DNA of 64,000 nucleotides from Anaerolineae bacterium (GTDB taxonomy: Bacteria > Chloroflexota > Anaerolineae > Aggregatilineales > Phototrophicaceae): assembly GCA_046328615.1 (NCBI GenBank), contig JAXLWG010000019.1, positions 25,528 to 89,527 on the forward strand. Direction: 5' to 3'. A model generated the notes under the pieces. That model saw nothing but the letters and a program-made list of their open reading frames with translations. It was not told where the DNA came from and did not search any database. Positions 1 through 10,421 of this stretch are shown here, piece by piece. A program made the translations under genes and the position numbers. Every line of letters begins with the position of its first letter. Position 1 is the stretch's first letter.

Positions 1-84
1 TTTGCGGGCGATCAGATCCGGTAGGTACGGCAGCCGGAAGTGCTCACTCAGCGTGTTCAGGTTGGCTTCGACGATGCCGGTCTG
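1..84 (-). pseudogene. Fragment of a nucleotidyltransferase domain protein (YcgL/RlaP-like), running off the window edge
   Basis: Manual minus-strand translation gives QTGIVEANLNTLSEHFRLPYLPDLIARK, resembling the TGEVEANL...LPYLPDLIARK segment I recall from this family. The upstream sequence does not continue the similarity. Confidence 0.45.
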
Positions 85-692
85 TTGAGGTTCAGTTTTC
101 CCTGATCGGTATAGCCCGTTTCTACCTTTGCCTAGCGCTACCCAATCGCCCGCAGCACCTCGTCGGCATCGACGCTGCCCCAGTGATAGCCCATCGTCTC
201 GCTGTCGGTTTTGGCGCGTTCCCCGCGTGGCCCATCACATCCGCGCGGCGATGCACGCCTAGACAAATGGCGAAGAAGCGCCTTCCTCTGTGACGCAGTA
301 TCGCAAGAAACCGAGGCGTGTCCGTTTTCAGCGCCAACCGAAGCAATAGCCGAATGCATGGTGAAAACAATTTTACAATATCAACAGGCAGACGAGCGCT
401 TGTGCTGTTCGCCCTTCGTGCGCAGTGCCGAGCAAACATTTCAACGTAGAGAGAAGATGAGCTGAAAATCGGACAGTTGGCCTTCCTGCACTATCTGGCT
501 GAGGCGGCGGGGTTGAACGGCATACAGAGTGGTTTAGCGGGGACTGGCTGGGACTTTGGGAGGCGCTCGAACACGATCGAACAGGAGGACGTCATGAACC
601 CTTAGCACATAGTGTCGCGTTTTCAGCACTGAGGGTGGAGGATGGCAAACATCGTTCGAAAGTTGAAGCAAAACCCCATTTTGCCTTGCCGC

Positions 693-2315
693 TCAATTTG
701 TCGCCGTGCAGTTCTCATCAATACGATAAAGTTGGCGTTCGGCACAGGTCAAATCGCGTACATAGCGATTTTCCCGTACCCATGGAATGAGTTCTTGCAC
801 GTTGAACAAACGCCATTGGCTGACGATGCCGTCTTCGTGCCCAATCAGAATATGATCCCCATTCGGGCTAACATTGATACGATACACGGGGGTGGTCAAG
901 TCGGAAATCCGCTGAACCTCACTACCTGTGCTCACATCCCAGACAATGACTTTTTGATCAAGTGAACCCGACACAATAAACTGCCCATCCGGCGTAAAGC
1001 GAATCGAGTGGACGGCATCGGTATGACCGATGAAACGTCGAATTTCCACGCCGTTTGTCATATCCCACAGAGTGAGGTTGCCGTCGCGTCCGCTCGAAAC
1101 AGCTTGTGTTCCGTTCGGGTTGAACTTGACAGCGAAAATTGTACTGGCATGCCCCGTTAGCCTATACAGCGCATTTCCAGTTGATACCTCCCAAACGATC
1201 ACAGTCGCATCACGCCCGCCGCTGATGACTCGCGTCCCATCAGCGCTGATGTCTACACTGAACACCGCTCCTTCGTGCCCAACAAAGCGCCGGATTATAT
1301 TGCCGGTTTGTGCATCGGCGTAGAGCAATTCACCCTCTTGTGTCCCGGCGAAAAACGCGCTTCCATCCGGTGTAAAAGCGAGGGCATTGAGACTGCTCGT
1401 CCCCAGAGTAAACGTTACGCTCTCCTCTGAAGCTTCGATTAGGCGCAAAATTGCATGACCGTCACTCAGGCCGATCAAAACGTGGCGATTGTCAGGATTC
1501 AGCGCGATCGACCGAATATCCCCTTCTTCAATCTGAAGGGTATTCAACAATGCCCCACTTACGGCATCCCATACCCGGACGGAGTTATCTAAACTGGCGG
1601 TTATAATCCGACTGCCATCACTGCTGTAGATCGTCTCCAAAATACGCGCGGAATGTCCCGCTAATGTGAACTCCCAACGCTGATCGCGGAGCGCCCATAT
1701 ACGGATTGTATGATCCAACGCGCCGCTCACTGCGAATTTCCCATCTAGGCTCACAGCAAGTCCATTCACGGCGTCCGTATGTCCACGCAATTGATCGATT
1801 TCGAAGCCGCCATCCACATTCCAAAGGTGCACAACTCCATCGACCGTGCCACTCAACAGTCTCCCATCTGGTAGAAACTCCACGCTTGTGACACTGTTTT
1901 GCCCGTGGAAGCGCTGCAAAATTTGCCCGCTTTCTACATCCCAGACAAGCGCAGAATTATCGCTGGATGCTGAAGCCGCCAAGCGTCCATCTGCACTAAA
2001 CGCCACATCTAGCACCGATGTATCATGTCCCTCCAATTGGCGGATCAGGATCCCGGCAGCACTATCCCATAGAATAAGACTTCCATTTTCTGCACCAGAT
2101 AAAATGAATCTCCCATCTGGGCTAACAGCAACCGACAGCACAGAATAATGATGCCCAATCAATGTATGTACAGGCTCGCCTGTGCTGGTATCCCAAATGA
2201 TCAAGTTGTCATCACTAGAAGCGGTCACGGCAAAACGCCCGTCGGGAGTGAAAACGGCATCGCGAACAGGCTCGGTATGCCCAGTCAAGATATGAAGAGC
2301 CGACCCTGTCGCCAC
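693..2315 (-). CDS. WD40 repeat beta-propeller region; C-terminal part of the frameshifted kinase-STAND-WD40 protein
   Basis: About 12 GH...WD repeats. The repeat register continues from the upstream ORF across an indel near 2361 (STDG/WAISAAVDRAAIIWDVATG). Confidence 0.9.
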   Translation of the reverse strand: MATGSALHILTGHTEPVRDAVFTPDGRFAVTASSDDNLIIWDTSTGEPVHTLIGHHYSVLSVAVSPDGRFILSGAENGSLILWDSAAGILIRQLEGHDTSVLDVAFSADGRLAASASSDNSALVWDVESGQILQRFHGQNSVTSVEFLPDGRLLSGTVDGVVHLWNVDGGFEIDQLRGHTDAVNGLAVSLDGKFAVSGALDHTIRIWALRDQRWEFTLAGHSARILETIYSSDGSRIITASLDNSVRVWDAVSGALLNTLQIEEGDIRSIALNPDNRHVLIGLSDGHAILRLIEASEESVTFTLGTSSLNALAFTPDGSAFFAGTQEGELLYADAQTGNIIRRFVGHEGAVFSVDISADGTRVISGGRDATVIVWEVSTGNALYRLTGHASTIFAVKFNPNGTQAVSSGRDGNLTLWDMTNGVEIRRFIGHTDAVHSIRFTPDGQFIVSGSLDQKVIVWDVSTGSEVQRISDLTTPVYRINVSPNGDHILIGHEDGIVSQWRLFNVQELIPWVRENRYVRDLTCAERQLYRIDENCTATN

Positions 2316-5169
2316 ATCCCAGATAATCGCTGCGCGGTCTACGGCGGCGCTTATCGCCCATGCCGTCCGTACTGAAGGCTACCGATTGAATATCGCCATG
2401 ATGCCCGATAAAGCGTCGGATCTCTTGTCCAGTGAGTCGATCCCACAATCGCACCGTTCCATCGGTCGACCCGGCAAGAATTGTTTGACCGTCCGGGCTG
2501 AATGCGACATCGGCAACCCCGGCGTTGTAGCCAGTTATAATACGGGAGGTGCTGGGTTCAAAAGCAACTTCAAAAAGTGTGCGTTGTGTTTGTAAGGATG
2601 CATTCGGGATCTCCACCGCTTGCATCGCCAGCGTGATGGCTAAATCGCTGTTATGTTCTTGCAGCGCTTGGCGTGCACTTGCTTCAAGAGCCAAACTTTG
2701 AGAAATGGACGCGTTCACATCGCTCGTAGCACGGGCGAGTTCGGCTTGATTACGTTCAAACTGTGCTGCCTGATTTTGTGCCAGCGCAAACCCTGTCAGC
2801 ACCATAGCAATAACCATCGCGCTCACCAGCACGTATACCAAGGTTCGCAGACGTTCACGAGCGCGACGCTCCAATCGTTCGACATGGTCTTGATCTTCCT
2901 GTGCTTGTGCATCACGCTTAAGTCTTTCTTCAATGCCCGCCTGCAAAAAGCGGTATTCATCTTGTGTAAGCGCGATTTGGGTCACCTCTGCCCATTTTTC
3001 GTACTGTTCCAAACGGACACCCCGCAGCAAGAAGCTGTTTTCAAAGTTCGACTTCAACCACTCTTCTGCGAGCACAGCCAGTGTTCTTTCCATACGAATA
3101 TCACCGCGACTATCATCCAACCATTCGCGCAGTTGGCGCCATTCACGAATGATTGCCTCATGTGTCACTTCAACAGTTGGGGTATGGGTTATTGGATCGC
3201 GGTCAAATGTCACTAACCGAGATCGACCCAGCTTATCAATAACCGAGCGCATAGCAGCAGGTTGACGCGCGATCGACATAATCTCTGACAGCAACGCACG
3301 ACGGCGCGTGTCTTCCGCACCCTCGCCCAAGGTGATCAAGCGTAAGAAAAGCTGTCGCGCTGCTTTCTGCTCATCCAATGTAAACGCTTTGTAGAGTTCA
3401 TCCGCCCGTTGTGCAAGCGCCCCCCGCACACCGCCAATCGCCTGATACGCCGAAAGTGTCATGCGATCTCGCTCACGGCGTTCGAAGAGTTCGCTCAACA
3501 AATATTGGAATAACGGCAGCGCCCCCGGCTGCTCGTTGACTTCAGCAATGATGGCGGATACCAGCCCTTCTTCTAGTGTGATGCCAAACTGTTTTGCTGG
3601 GCCAGTGATAGCACGCTCCAGCTCATCAGGCAGCATCGGGGTGACGATCTCTGTATTACGCCTCATTAAGTCACTGATCGAGGGGTAGAGGAGGGGGCGG
3701 TCATAAAAATCGGCGCGCAGGGTAATCACCAACCGAAGGCGGCTGTTTGGGTCATTGATTGCGGTGGTCAAGCTGCTTAAGAAGCGGACAATCTCCGCGT
3801 CTTGGTCGTTTAAGGTAAATACTTCTTCAAACTGGTCAATGATCAGGCAAAGTTCGTTGGACATGCCGGGAGGCAGGATATCGTTTAGCACATCCCGCAG
3901 CCCATTATCTCCCTGTTCCAGCCGTTCAATGAGATCATCAGGACTGGTGGTGGCTACACTTACGAGGGCGGCTGCCAATTCTTTAAACGGTTTCGCGCCC
4001 GGCAGCATTTCGACGTAATACCAGTGTTCCGATCCCATGATTGCGCCGCGCCGTAAAGCTGGGATTAACCCCGCTTTGACGACACTGGATTTACCGCTGC
4101 CACTGGGACCAACGACCGCCATAAAACGTGATAGATTGCGGGTACGGTTGAAGGTTCTAATCAATTGCCGTACCAGTGCTTCCCGACCAAAAAAGTGAAT
4201 GGAGTCGGTTTCTTGAAAGGTGCGAAGTCCTTTGTAGGGATTGGGAATCATATCGTCTAGCCGAGTATGCCCAGAGGGATCTAGACGATGAATGGCTAAC
4301 GGAGACGAAATAGTTGTCGAAGTCTGATGAGTGTCTACGACCTCACGAAATGCGCGTGCCATCGAAAGTATGTTCTCGAAACGCGCGTTAGGATCGATTG
4401 CCGTTGCTTTAAGGAGGATTCTTTCGATGCCTTCAGGAATATCAGGGCGAACTAGCCGAATCGGAGGAGTGGGATCTTTGATGCGCTGGCTCGTTAACTG
4501 CGTCATCGTCATCGACTCAAGACTAGGGAAAGGATGCACGCCTGCGAGCATTTCGTACAAGACAATCCCTAAACTGTAGATGTCCGCTTGTGGAGTGGTC
4601 AATTTGCCAGCAACCTGTTCAGGTGCGGCATAAGCAGGTGACCCAAAAGCGGCAAATTCATCCATTTCACCTGATGGCACATGGACATTGCTCAGAATTT
4701 TGGCGATCCCAAAGTCCGCCAAGTACATATTTCGGTCTTCATCCAACAGGATGTTTTCAGGTTTGATGTCACGATGAACCACCCCCATTCGATGCGCGAG
4801 CATCAACGCGGAAGCAATTTGACTTAACATCTGCGAGGTTTCCGCGATTGACCAAAGGGTATCTTGCATCGCTTGGCGCAAGTGACCGCCGCGCAAATAG
4901 CGCATGATCAAATAAGCGCCATCCGGCTCGCGCCAATAATCGTATAACGGAACAATATGGGGGTGCTCTAGCCCTGCAATCAGTTGGGCTTCAGCTTCAA
5001 AACGGCGGATAAAGTTAGGATGATTGGCAAACGTTGACCAAATAATCTTGACCGCGACATCGCGATCAATCACGGGTTGGTGTGCTTGGTAAACAGCGCC
5101 GAATGCCCCAGCGCCAACCAAGTCGCGCAGAATGTAGCTCTTGACTACTTTTCCGGCCAAGGTTTCCAT
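2215..5169 (-). CDS. Ser/Thr protein kinase + STAND (nSTAND1-like) NTPase + TM helix + start of WD40 repeats (frameshifted near 2361)
   Basis: Kinase motifs GAGAFG, VAVK, HRDIKPEN, DFG, APE; NPYKGL..F; Walker A GPSGSGKS; Walker B IIDQFEE; hydrophobic helix LVYVLVSAMVIAMVL; first WD40 repeats. Confidence 0.92.
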   Translation of the reverse strand: METLAGKVVKSYILRDLVGAGAFGAVYQAHQPVIDRDVAVKIIWSTFANHPNFIRRFEAEAQLIAGLEHPHIVPLYDYWREPDGAYLIMRYLRGGHLRQAMQDTLWSIAETSQMLSQIASALMLAHRMGVVHRDIKPENILLDEDRNMYLADFGIAKILSNVHVPSGEMDEFAAFGSPAYAAPEQVAGKLTTPQADIYSLGIVLYEMLAGVHPFPSLESMTMTQLTSQRIKDPTPPIRLVRPDIPEGIERILLKATAIDPNARFENILSMARAFREVVDTHQTSTTISSPLAIHRLDPSGHTRLDDMIPNPYKGLRTFQETDSIHFFGREALVRQLIRTFNRTRNLSRFMAVVGPSGSGKSSVVKAGLIPALRRGAIMGSEHWYYVEMLPGAKPFKELAAALVSVATTSPDDLIERLEQGDNGLRDVLNDILPPGMSNELCLIIDQFEEVFTLNDQDAEIVRFLSSLTTAINDPNSRLRLVITLRADFYDRPLLYPSISDLMRRNTEIVTPMLPDELERAITGPAKQFGITLEEGLVSAIIAEVNEQPGALPLFQYLLSELFERRERDRMTLSAYQAIGGVRGALAQRADELYKAFTLDEQKAARQLFLRLITLGEGAEDTRRRALLSEIMSIARQPAAMRSVIDKLGRSRLVTFDRDPITHTPTVEVTHEAIIREWRQLREWLDDSRGDIRMERTLAVLAEEWLKSNFENSFLLRGVRLEQYEKWAEVTQIALTQDEYRFLQAGIEERLKRDAQAQEDQDHVERLERRARERLRTLVYVLVSAMVIAMVLTGFALAQNQAAQFERNQAELARATSDVNASISQSLALEASARQALQEHNSDLAITLAMQAVEIPNASLQTQRTLFEVAFEPSTSRIITGYNAGVADVAFSPDGQTILAGSTDGTVRLWDRLTGQEIRRFIGHHGDIQSVAFSTDGMGDKRRRRPRSDYLGCGDRVGSSYLDWAYRACSRCRFHSRRAFCRDRF

Positions 5170-5226
5170 AACATACCTTTGGTTGTCGCTGTCTAAAGGT
5201 AACCGTTCGCTGAAAGGTGAGTTTGC

Positions 5227-5802
5227 CTAGACTGCGGCGTTGTCTACGCCATTACCATTCTGCGCGTTTATTTCTTGGGTTTCTTCAGTCGTTTTTGGCG
5301 CAGATTTTGGGAGCACTGCATCGAACAACCAGCTTAGCGAGCGTTCACGGTTGAAAAAGGTTTTATAGGTAATGGCAGGGTGCTTCAGTTTCAACCGATC
5401 CATGACCGTTTGGCTCACTTGACCTGAGACAGACAAATTAAACCCGATGGCGATACGCGCCTGAAAGCCGGGGTGTAGGTTGAAGAAAGATTCTGCTTGT
5501 TCGCGCCCGCTATCCGTGATGCCGATGTTCAAGAGGTCAAATCTCACTAAGGTAGCATATTGGAGCGATACCCCCGGTGAAGAGACATCATGCATGGCAA
5601 GATAGGGGTTTGATTTATCCCAATTCTCCAGTGTTTGCAGAACGAGCGCTTGCCAATAGGTAACAATGCTTGGGGAGATGGAGGTTAGGCGATATATCAC
5701 GATTTGTGGATTGTGAAACCACTCACACATTAAGCCGGGATAAGGCTCTTCAATCGCAGCAGGTATAGTAGATAGAGGTTGCGTTTGTGGTTTATTGCTC
5801 AC
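5227..5802 (-). CDS. STAS/SEC14 (SpoIIAA-like) domain hypothetical protein
   Basis: 191-aa ORF with an alpha/beta pattern ending YKTFFNRERSLSWL (F.....A..WL-type motif); co-oriented 57 bp upstream of the kinase. Confidence 0.6.
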   Translation of the reverse strand: MSNKPQTQPLSTIPAAIEEPYPGLMCEWFHNPQIVIYRLTSISPSIVTYWQALVLQTLENWDKSNPYLAMHDVSSPGVSLQYATLVRFDLLNIGITDSGREQAESFFNLHPGFQARIAIGFNLSVSGQVSQTVMDRLKLKHPAITYKTFFNRERSLSWLFDAVLPKSAPKTTEETQEINAQNGNGVDNAAV

Positions 5803-6364
5803 ACTTTTCTCCGCGTCTTTTTACAACGGAATATCCATCTGTGGATTGTACGTTTGCGACATTGAGCATCGGGGGTTTCAGCGTTAACCGTATGTAAAGC
5901 AACGATTAACACAAGTGGCGCAAAAGATGCGACCTTTGAAGGCACTAAGGATGGATTCTCCCCTCAAGGCTTTCGCTCTGGAAAGATGTTCAACCGCCCA
6001 ATGGCAGGAGATCTAGTCAACCTCTTTTGCTAGGCGGTTTGGCTGGTACGTATATCGCCTATTGATAGGTCGTAGTTTTGGAACGGGAATGCTCAATTGG
6101 CTGTAAGATCCCCCTCCAAAATGACCCATCAGATTGTGAGCCAGTCCTAGAATCGATGGACGCCGCTTCCTTGGCCACCTTGCTTGGAGCTTAAATACTA
6201 AGAGGTTTACACGGAGCTTTGTGAAGCCCCATGAAGATGAAAAAAAGAGTTATGAGATCAGTTTTGCGAGGGTTTCAGGCGGTGTATTTGGGTGAATATA
6301 GGGGTGCACTGCGCGGGAGAGATGCCTTTTATCCCCGAACGGCCGCTACCGGGAGTTCTCACGT

Positions 6365-7230
6365 ATGCCTGCTTATCTCCGCTGGCAAGAGTCACAAATG
6401 CTCTACTACCGGCTGGAGCAGTCGCGCACATGGAACGAGCTGAACCCGTCGATCGATAAGGCGATAGAACTGGTGCGCGTGGAGGGCGACCGCGAAATCG
6501 GCACGCTGCTCGACGTCGCCGGAATCGATCAGATCCCATCCAGTGCGATTCAGCACGGCATTGATATGGTGAAGCGCAAGCCCGCCAATGCTAATTATAT
6601 CGTCGTGCTTGGTGCGCCGTTGGGTGTGCGCAAGCAGGAGGGGGAGCGGATCAGCGAGTACCCGGTCGATGCCGCTCATATTGCAGTGGCGCTCGCCACC
6701 CGGGTATGTTTCGATACCGGATTGCTGAGCGATCCCGACTCAGTCGAGGTGAAGAATGTCGGGCGGCAGATGTTTCTGAAGGCAGAGATCGGGCAGCCGA
6801 TCGCGCACGTCCTGATAGGTTGCTTCAATACCGCGATCGGATTAGAAACTGTTGCCATCGCCGCACCGGTCGATGCGGAATGCAACTTCGACTCCCACAG
6901 CGGCGGGCTCGTGATCGGCTATGTGGATAATCACGAGGCGCGGATCGAACTCAGCCGGGTTCGAAATGCCGTCTGGATCGACTGTGGCAACCATTTCGCC
7001 TCCGGTCAGGTCATGATCGGCAACACTGGCGATCGGGCTCTGATGATGCAGCACCTCGACGGGCGCGACGGGAAATACGCCTATCTCCCTAATGCCGCGC
7101 TCCTGTTTCCGCAGCTTCTCCAACCGGAGACCTCGCCCGCGCCGGAGCCACCGCGCTCGTGAGCAGGATTTGTTCATCAACGAGTGGGGCGCCATCGTCG
7201 CCGCTCAGTACTTGTACAAGCCCATCCACC
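6365..7230 (+). pseudogene. Chimeric ORF: N-terminal STAS/SEC14-like fragment fused to a decayed ThiF/E1-like (PRTRC-type) gene
   Basis: N-terminal part: W..L...IDKA...IGTLLDV...IPSSAI...YIVVLGA. C-terminal part: DPDSVEVKNVGRQMF..AEIG, VIGYVDNHEAR, WIDCGNHFASGQV, LPNAALLFPQLL. After the stop, another frame gives EQDLFINEWGAIVAAQYLYK. Confidence 0.6.
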
Positions 7231-7309
7231 GCTAGCCCATCCGCACGTTCCTCACCTACGTCTCATGTGAGGGTATCGCGGTTCGGAGCGTTGATTGGCG
7301 AGGAGGAAC

Positions 7310-8158
7310 TCACGTTTTATCTATAGCTCTAGGAAATCGGCCAGATGCGATGCCGTCTCCAACATCGCGTGTCCCGCACAGAACCCGGCGGACGGTCAGA
7401 TCGGGCACAGTGGCTGGGCGTGCCGCGATTTTATCCACATCGCGCATGATGTCTTTGGTGCCACCCACCAGCAGGATCGGCATCATCAATCGCTGTAACT
7501 CTACGTCGCTGAAGATCGGCAGCGCACCCATCCGTGGCAGAAAACTCCCGTAATTTGCACCACAATCGCCGTGACCTCGCCAGAACCGGGACATCCCCCG
7601 AAGAGATCGTGTACGAGGCGCTTTGATCCCCCACTGCCCGAACAGCATGAGCACAACTGCTTTCAAAGCAAACGACAGACGATCCGGAATAATCCCGCCG
7701 GGGGCGATGAGTACCAATTTGCTGACGCGCTGAGGTGCCGTCACAGCAAATTTCAGCGCCGTCCATGCCCCCTGTGAAACACCCACCAGCACGGCTTGTT
7801 GAAGTTGGAGACCGGTCAGCACGTCTTCCAGCCATTCCGCGAACGCCGGACTGTCCCATTCGGGACGAGTCGGCGCACTTTTTCCGGCTTCGCCCACCAA
7901 GTCAACGGCATACACGCGAAATCGACGACAGAATTGCCCGACATCGCCCGCCCAAATGGTGGAGTTGCCCCCGGCACCGTGCAGCAGTACCAGCGGCGGC
8001 GCGGTTTCATCTCCGGAGGCAATGACGAAGGTGCTGCCGTACCGGGTGGCGATCATCCGCGTTGTGAAGGGGGCGGCCCAATGCTGGAGGGCAGTCTCAT
8101 AAGTTGCCATCACGGCCTGTTCGCCTGCCGCAGACTTGTAAAGAGAAAGGGTGGTCAT
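7310..8158 (-). CDS. Alpha/beta fold hydrolase (C-terminus appears degraded or frameshifted)
   Basis: LVLLHGAGG, YAVDLVGEAGKS, nucleophile elbow GVSQG. The ATG at 8158 overlaps the PadR stop (TGATG). Confidence 0.82.
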   Translation of the reverse strand: MTTLSLYKSAAGEQAVMATYETALQHWAAPFTTRMIATRYGSTFVIASGDETAPPLVLLHGAGGNSTIWAGDVGQFCRRFRVYAVDLVGEAGKSAPTRPEWDSPAFAEWLEDVLTGLQLQQAVLVGVSQGAWTALKFAVTAPQRVSKLVLIAPGGIIPDRLSFALKAVVLMLFGQWGIKAPRTRSLRGMSRFWRGHGDCGANYGSFLPRMGALPIFSDVELQRLMMPILLVGGTKDIMRDVDKIAARPATVPDLTVRRVLCGTRDVGDGIASGRFPRAIDKT

Positions 8159-8697
8159 CAGGGTTTTTCCTCCGGTGGTGTCAAGGTGTCGCGAAGCTGG
8201 TGAACCCATGCAAGATGGAATTCATAGAGGCTGACCCAGTGCTGCATCGCCTGCTCCACTAGGGAGTGATGATCGGCAGCGAGATCCGTCTGACGACGAC
8301 TGTACTCCCTCAGCATGATCACATGTTCACGGAGTTCGGCTTCGTAGGTCTCCAGCACCGCACGTGTCGCGGAGCGCTCCGCCTGATCCGCCCACAAGAG
8401 CTGAATCAACAGCGGATTTTCAAACTGCGGGAGTTCGGGAGGAGAGCACAGCCAGTCGCGCAGCGCCTGATGTCCCTTCTCCGCAAGGGAATAGACCTTC
8501 CGCGGCGGCTTGTTCGCCTGCTGCTGCTCCTCGACCGTGACCAACCCCTCGTCATGGAGTTCCAACAATGCCTTGTAGATCTGATTACTGTTGCCCGACC
8601 AAGGAAGCAGAAGCGAGCCGGAAAACCGCTTCTTGAGGTCATAGCCGGTCAGCGGTTCCCCACTCAGCAGGCCCAGAATCACTTGTTTGATGAGCAT
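8158..8697 (-). CDS. PadR family transcriptional regulator
   Basis: ILGLLSGEPLTGYDLKKRF...SNQIYKALLELHDEGLV...RKVYSL..KG..AL..WL. An alternative GTG start lies at 8715. Confidence 0.92.
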   Translation of the reverse strand: MLIKQVILGLLSGEPLTGYDLKKRFSGSLLLPWSGNSNQIYKALLELHDEGLVTVEEQQQANKPPRKVYSLAEKGHQALRDWLCSPPELPQFENPLLIQLLWADQAERSATRAVLETYEAELREHVIMLREYSRRQTDLAADHHSLVEQAMQHWVSLYEFHLAWVHQLRDTLTPPEEKP

Positions 8698-8748
8698 GTC
8701 GATCGCCCTATCCACCTAAGCGGCGGCAGCAAATAGGTTACACTATAC

Positions 8749-8768
8749 ATAGGTTATCAATAACCTAT
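8749..8768. promoter_or_regulatory. Putative PadR operator (9-2-9 palindrome)
   Basis: ATAGGTTAT-CA-ATAACCTAT is a perfect inverted repeat just upstream of padR; an extra ATAGGTTA half-site lies at 8733. Confidence 0.6.
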
Positions 8769-8858
8769 ATGCATGTCAAGTTGGTATTGGACAAACACAG
8801 CCGATCGCACCGCTGTCTGTTTTTCACACCTCCATCTGTTTTAGGCAAAGGACAAAAT

Positions 8859-9205
8859 CATGATCGCTTTGAGTTGGTGCAGTACAACGCCATCGCAGAA
8901 TATCTCGCATCCAATTTGAACGCTGATCGGGATGATTCGAACGTTGTGGAGATCCTGATCGCCTTACAGAACGCGGCGCTCGGACTCTGTGATCATCCGG
9001 ATTTTGCTACGCCGTGGCATCCGCTGGCGGTGCGGACAGAACTACCTCTCATTCCACACCATCGAGGCTATACGCGATTTTCTCCGCCCGTTCGCTCCGA
9101 ATGATGTGCGCAGCGACGAGCTTAAGACGGCGGTTCGGCGTGACCACCAATGCGCACCTGATCAGCCAAGAAGTCGTGGAGGGAATTATCCACCTGCCGG
9201 ACTAG
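8859..9205 (+). pseudogene. Frameshifted hypothetical protein
   Basis: RBS AAGGA precedes ATG 8859. Protein-like segments are spread over three frames (YNAIAEYLAS.., GQNYLSFHTIEAIRDFLR.., HLISQEVVEGIIHLPD*). Confidence 0.4.
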
Positions 9206-9218
9206 TACAGCAGCCCGC

Positions 9219-10421
9219 TCACGACTCGATTTCCGGCATCCTGATGACACCTACATCAAGCAGGTGATCCACTTCTGAGTCGGGAAATCCGGCAGCGGTC
9301 AGCACGGAGCGAGTCTGTTCGCCTAACCGGGGTGCGCGGCAGACCCGATAAGGCACCGTATCTCGAAACTGAATCGGGCTGCCCGGAACGAGCAGTTCGG
9401 TATTGGCTTCGACTGGCAACCGCAGCAGCATGCCCCGCGCTTCCAGATGTGGATCATGTGCCAATTCGTCGATCGCGCGAACGGCCCCACACGGAATCCC
9501 GATCGCATGCAGCCGATCCAATAAATCCCGCGTGAGCTGAGGTTCACACCACTGCGCAATCAACGGACGCAGCAGCGGATAATGGGTCACGCGATCGGCA
9601 TTCGTTCGAAAACGCGCATCGTGTTGCAAGCCTTCCTCGACATGAGTGGCAAAGGCTGCCCACAGCCGATCATTCCCAATTCCCAACGCAACCCATCCGT
9701 CAGCGGTGCGGAAACAGTCAAACGGTGCAATCACTGCGTCCTGATTGCCGGTTCGCTCATAGGAGTTCCCGGTGACGCTGTGCTGCGCCAGCGCATTTTC
9801 CAAGCAGGCAAATACGGAGTCGACCATCGCGACATCGAGATAGCGACCTTCCCCGGTGCGCTCGCGGCTCCACAGCGCACCGACCAGACCGACAGCGGTC
9901 GTCAGCCCAGCGATGGCATCGGCGATAGCGGGGCCGGTCTTGAGCGGCAGATCCGGCAGCCCCGTCATGCTCATCAGGCCGCTGACTGCCTGCGCGACCA
10001 CGTCATAGCATTTGAGCGATGCCAGTTCGCCGGTTTGTCCGTAACCGCTGATACTGGCATAGATCAGGCGGGGATTCGCTTGGGCGAGGCAGTCGTAATC
10101 GAGGTGATAGCGCGCCATCTGTCCCGGGCGGAAATTTTCAATCAATCCATCGACCGTTGAAGCGATTTGCTGAAGGATGCGCTGCCCGTCGGGATGGCGA
10201 TAATCCACCGCAATCGACTCTTTTCCCCGATTCAAGGTTTCAAAATAGCCGCTGGTGTTACCGATAAACGGTCCGAATGATCGGCTGTCGTCACCGTACT
10301 GAGGATGCTCGACCTTGATGACACGCGCCCCCATATCGGCCAGCAGCAGAGTCGCATAAGGGCCGCTATAAACACGGGTGAAATCAAGAAGGGTAACGCC
10401 TTCCAACGGACGGGGTTTCAT
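9219..10421 (-). CDS. CaiB/BaiF family III CoA transferase
   Basis: PLEGVTLLDFTRVYSGPYAT.LLADMGARVIKVE, NRGKESI, ENFRPG, YASISGYGQTG, APRLGEQT. Confidence 0.95.
   Translation of the reverse strand: MKPRPLEGVTLLDFTRVYSGPYATLLLADMGARVIKVEHPQYGDDSRSFGPFIGNTSGYFETLNRGKESIAVDYRHPDGQRILQQIASTVDGLIENFRPGQMARYHLDYDCLAQANPRLIYASISGYGQTGELASLKCYDVVAQAVSGLMSMTGLPDLPLKTGPAIADAIAGLTTAVGLVGALWSRERTGEGRYLDVAMVDSVFACLENALAQHSVTGNSYERTGNQDAVIAPFDCFRTADGWVALGIGNDRLWAAFATHVEEGLQHDARFRTNADRVTHYPLLRPLIAQWCEPQLTRDLLDRLHAIGIPCGAVRAIDELAHDPHLEARGMLLRLPVEANTELLVPGSPIQFRDTVPYRVCRAPRLGEQTRSVLTAAGFPDSEVDHLLDVGVIRMPEIES

Noticed and set aside
122-690. Short ORFs near the left edge
   Set aside because: No motifs or convincing RBS; cannot be supported as genes.
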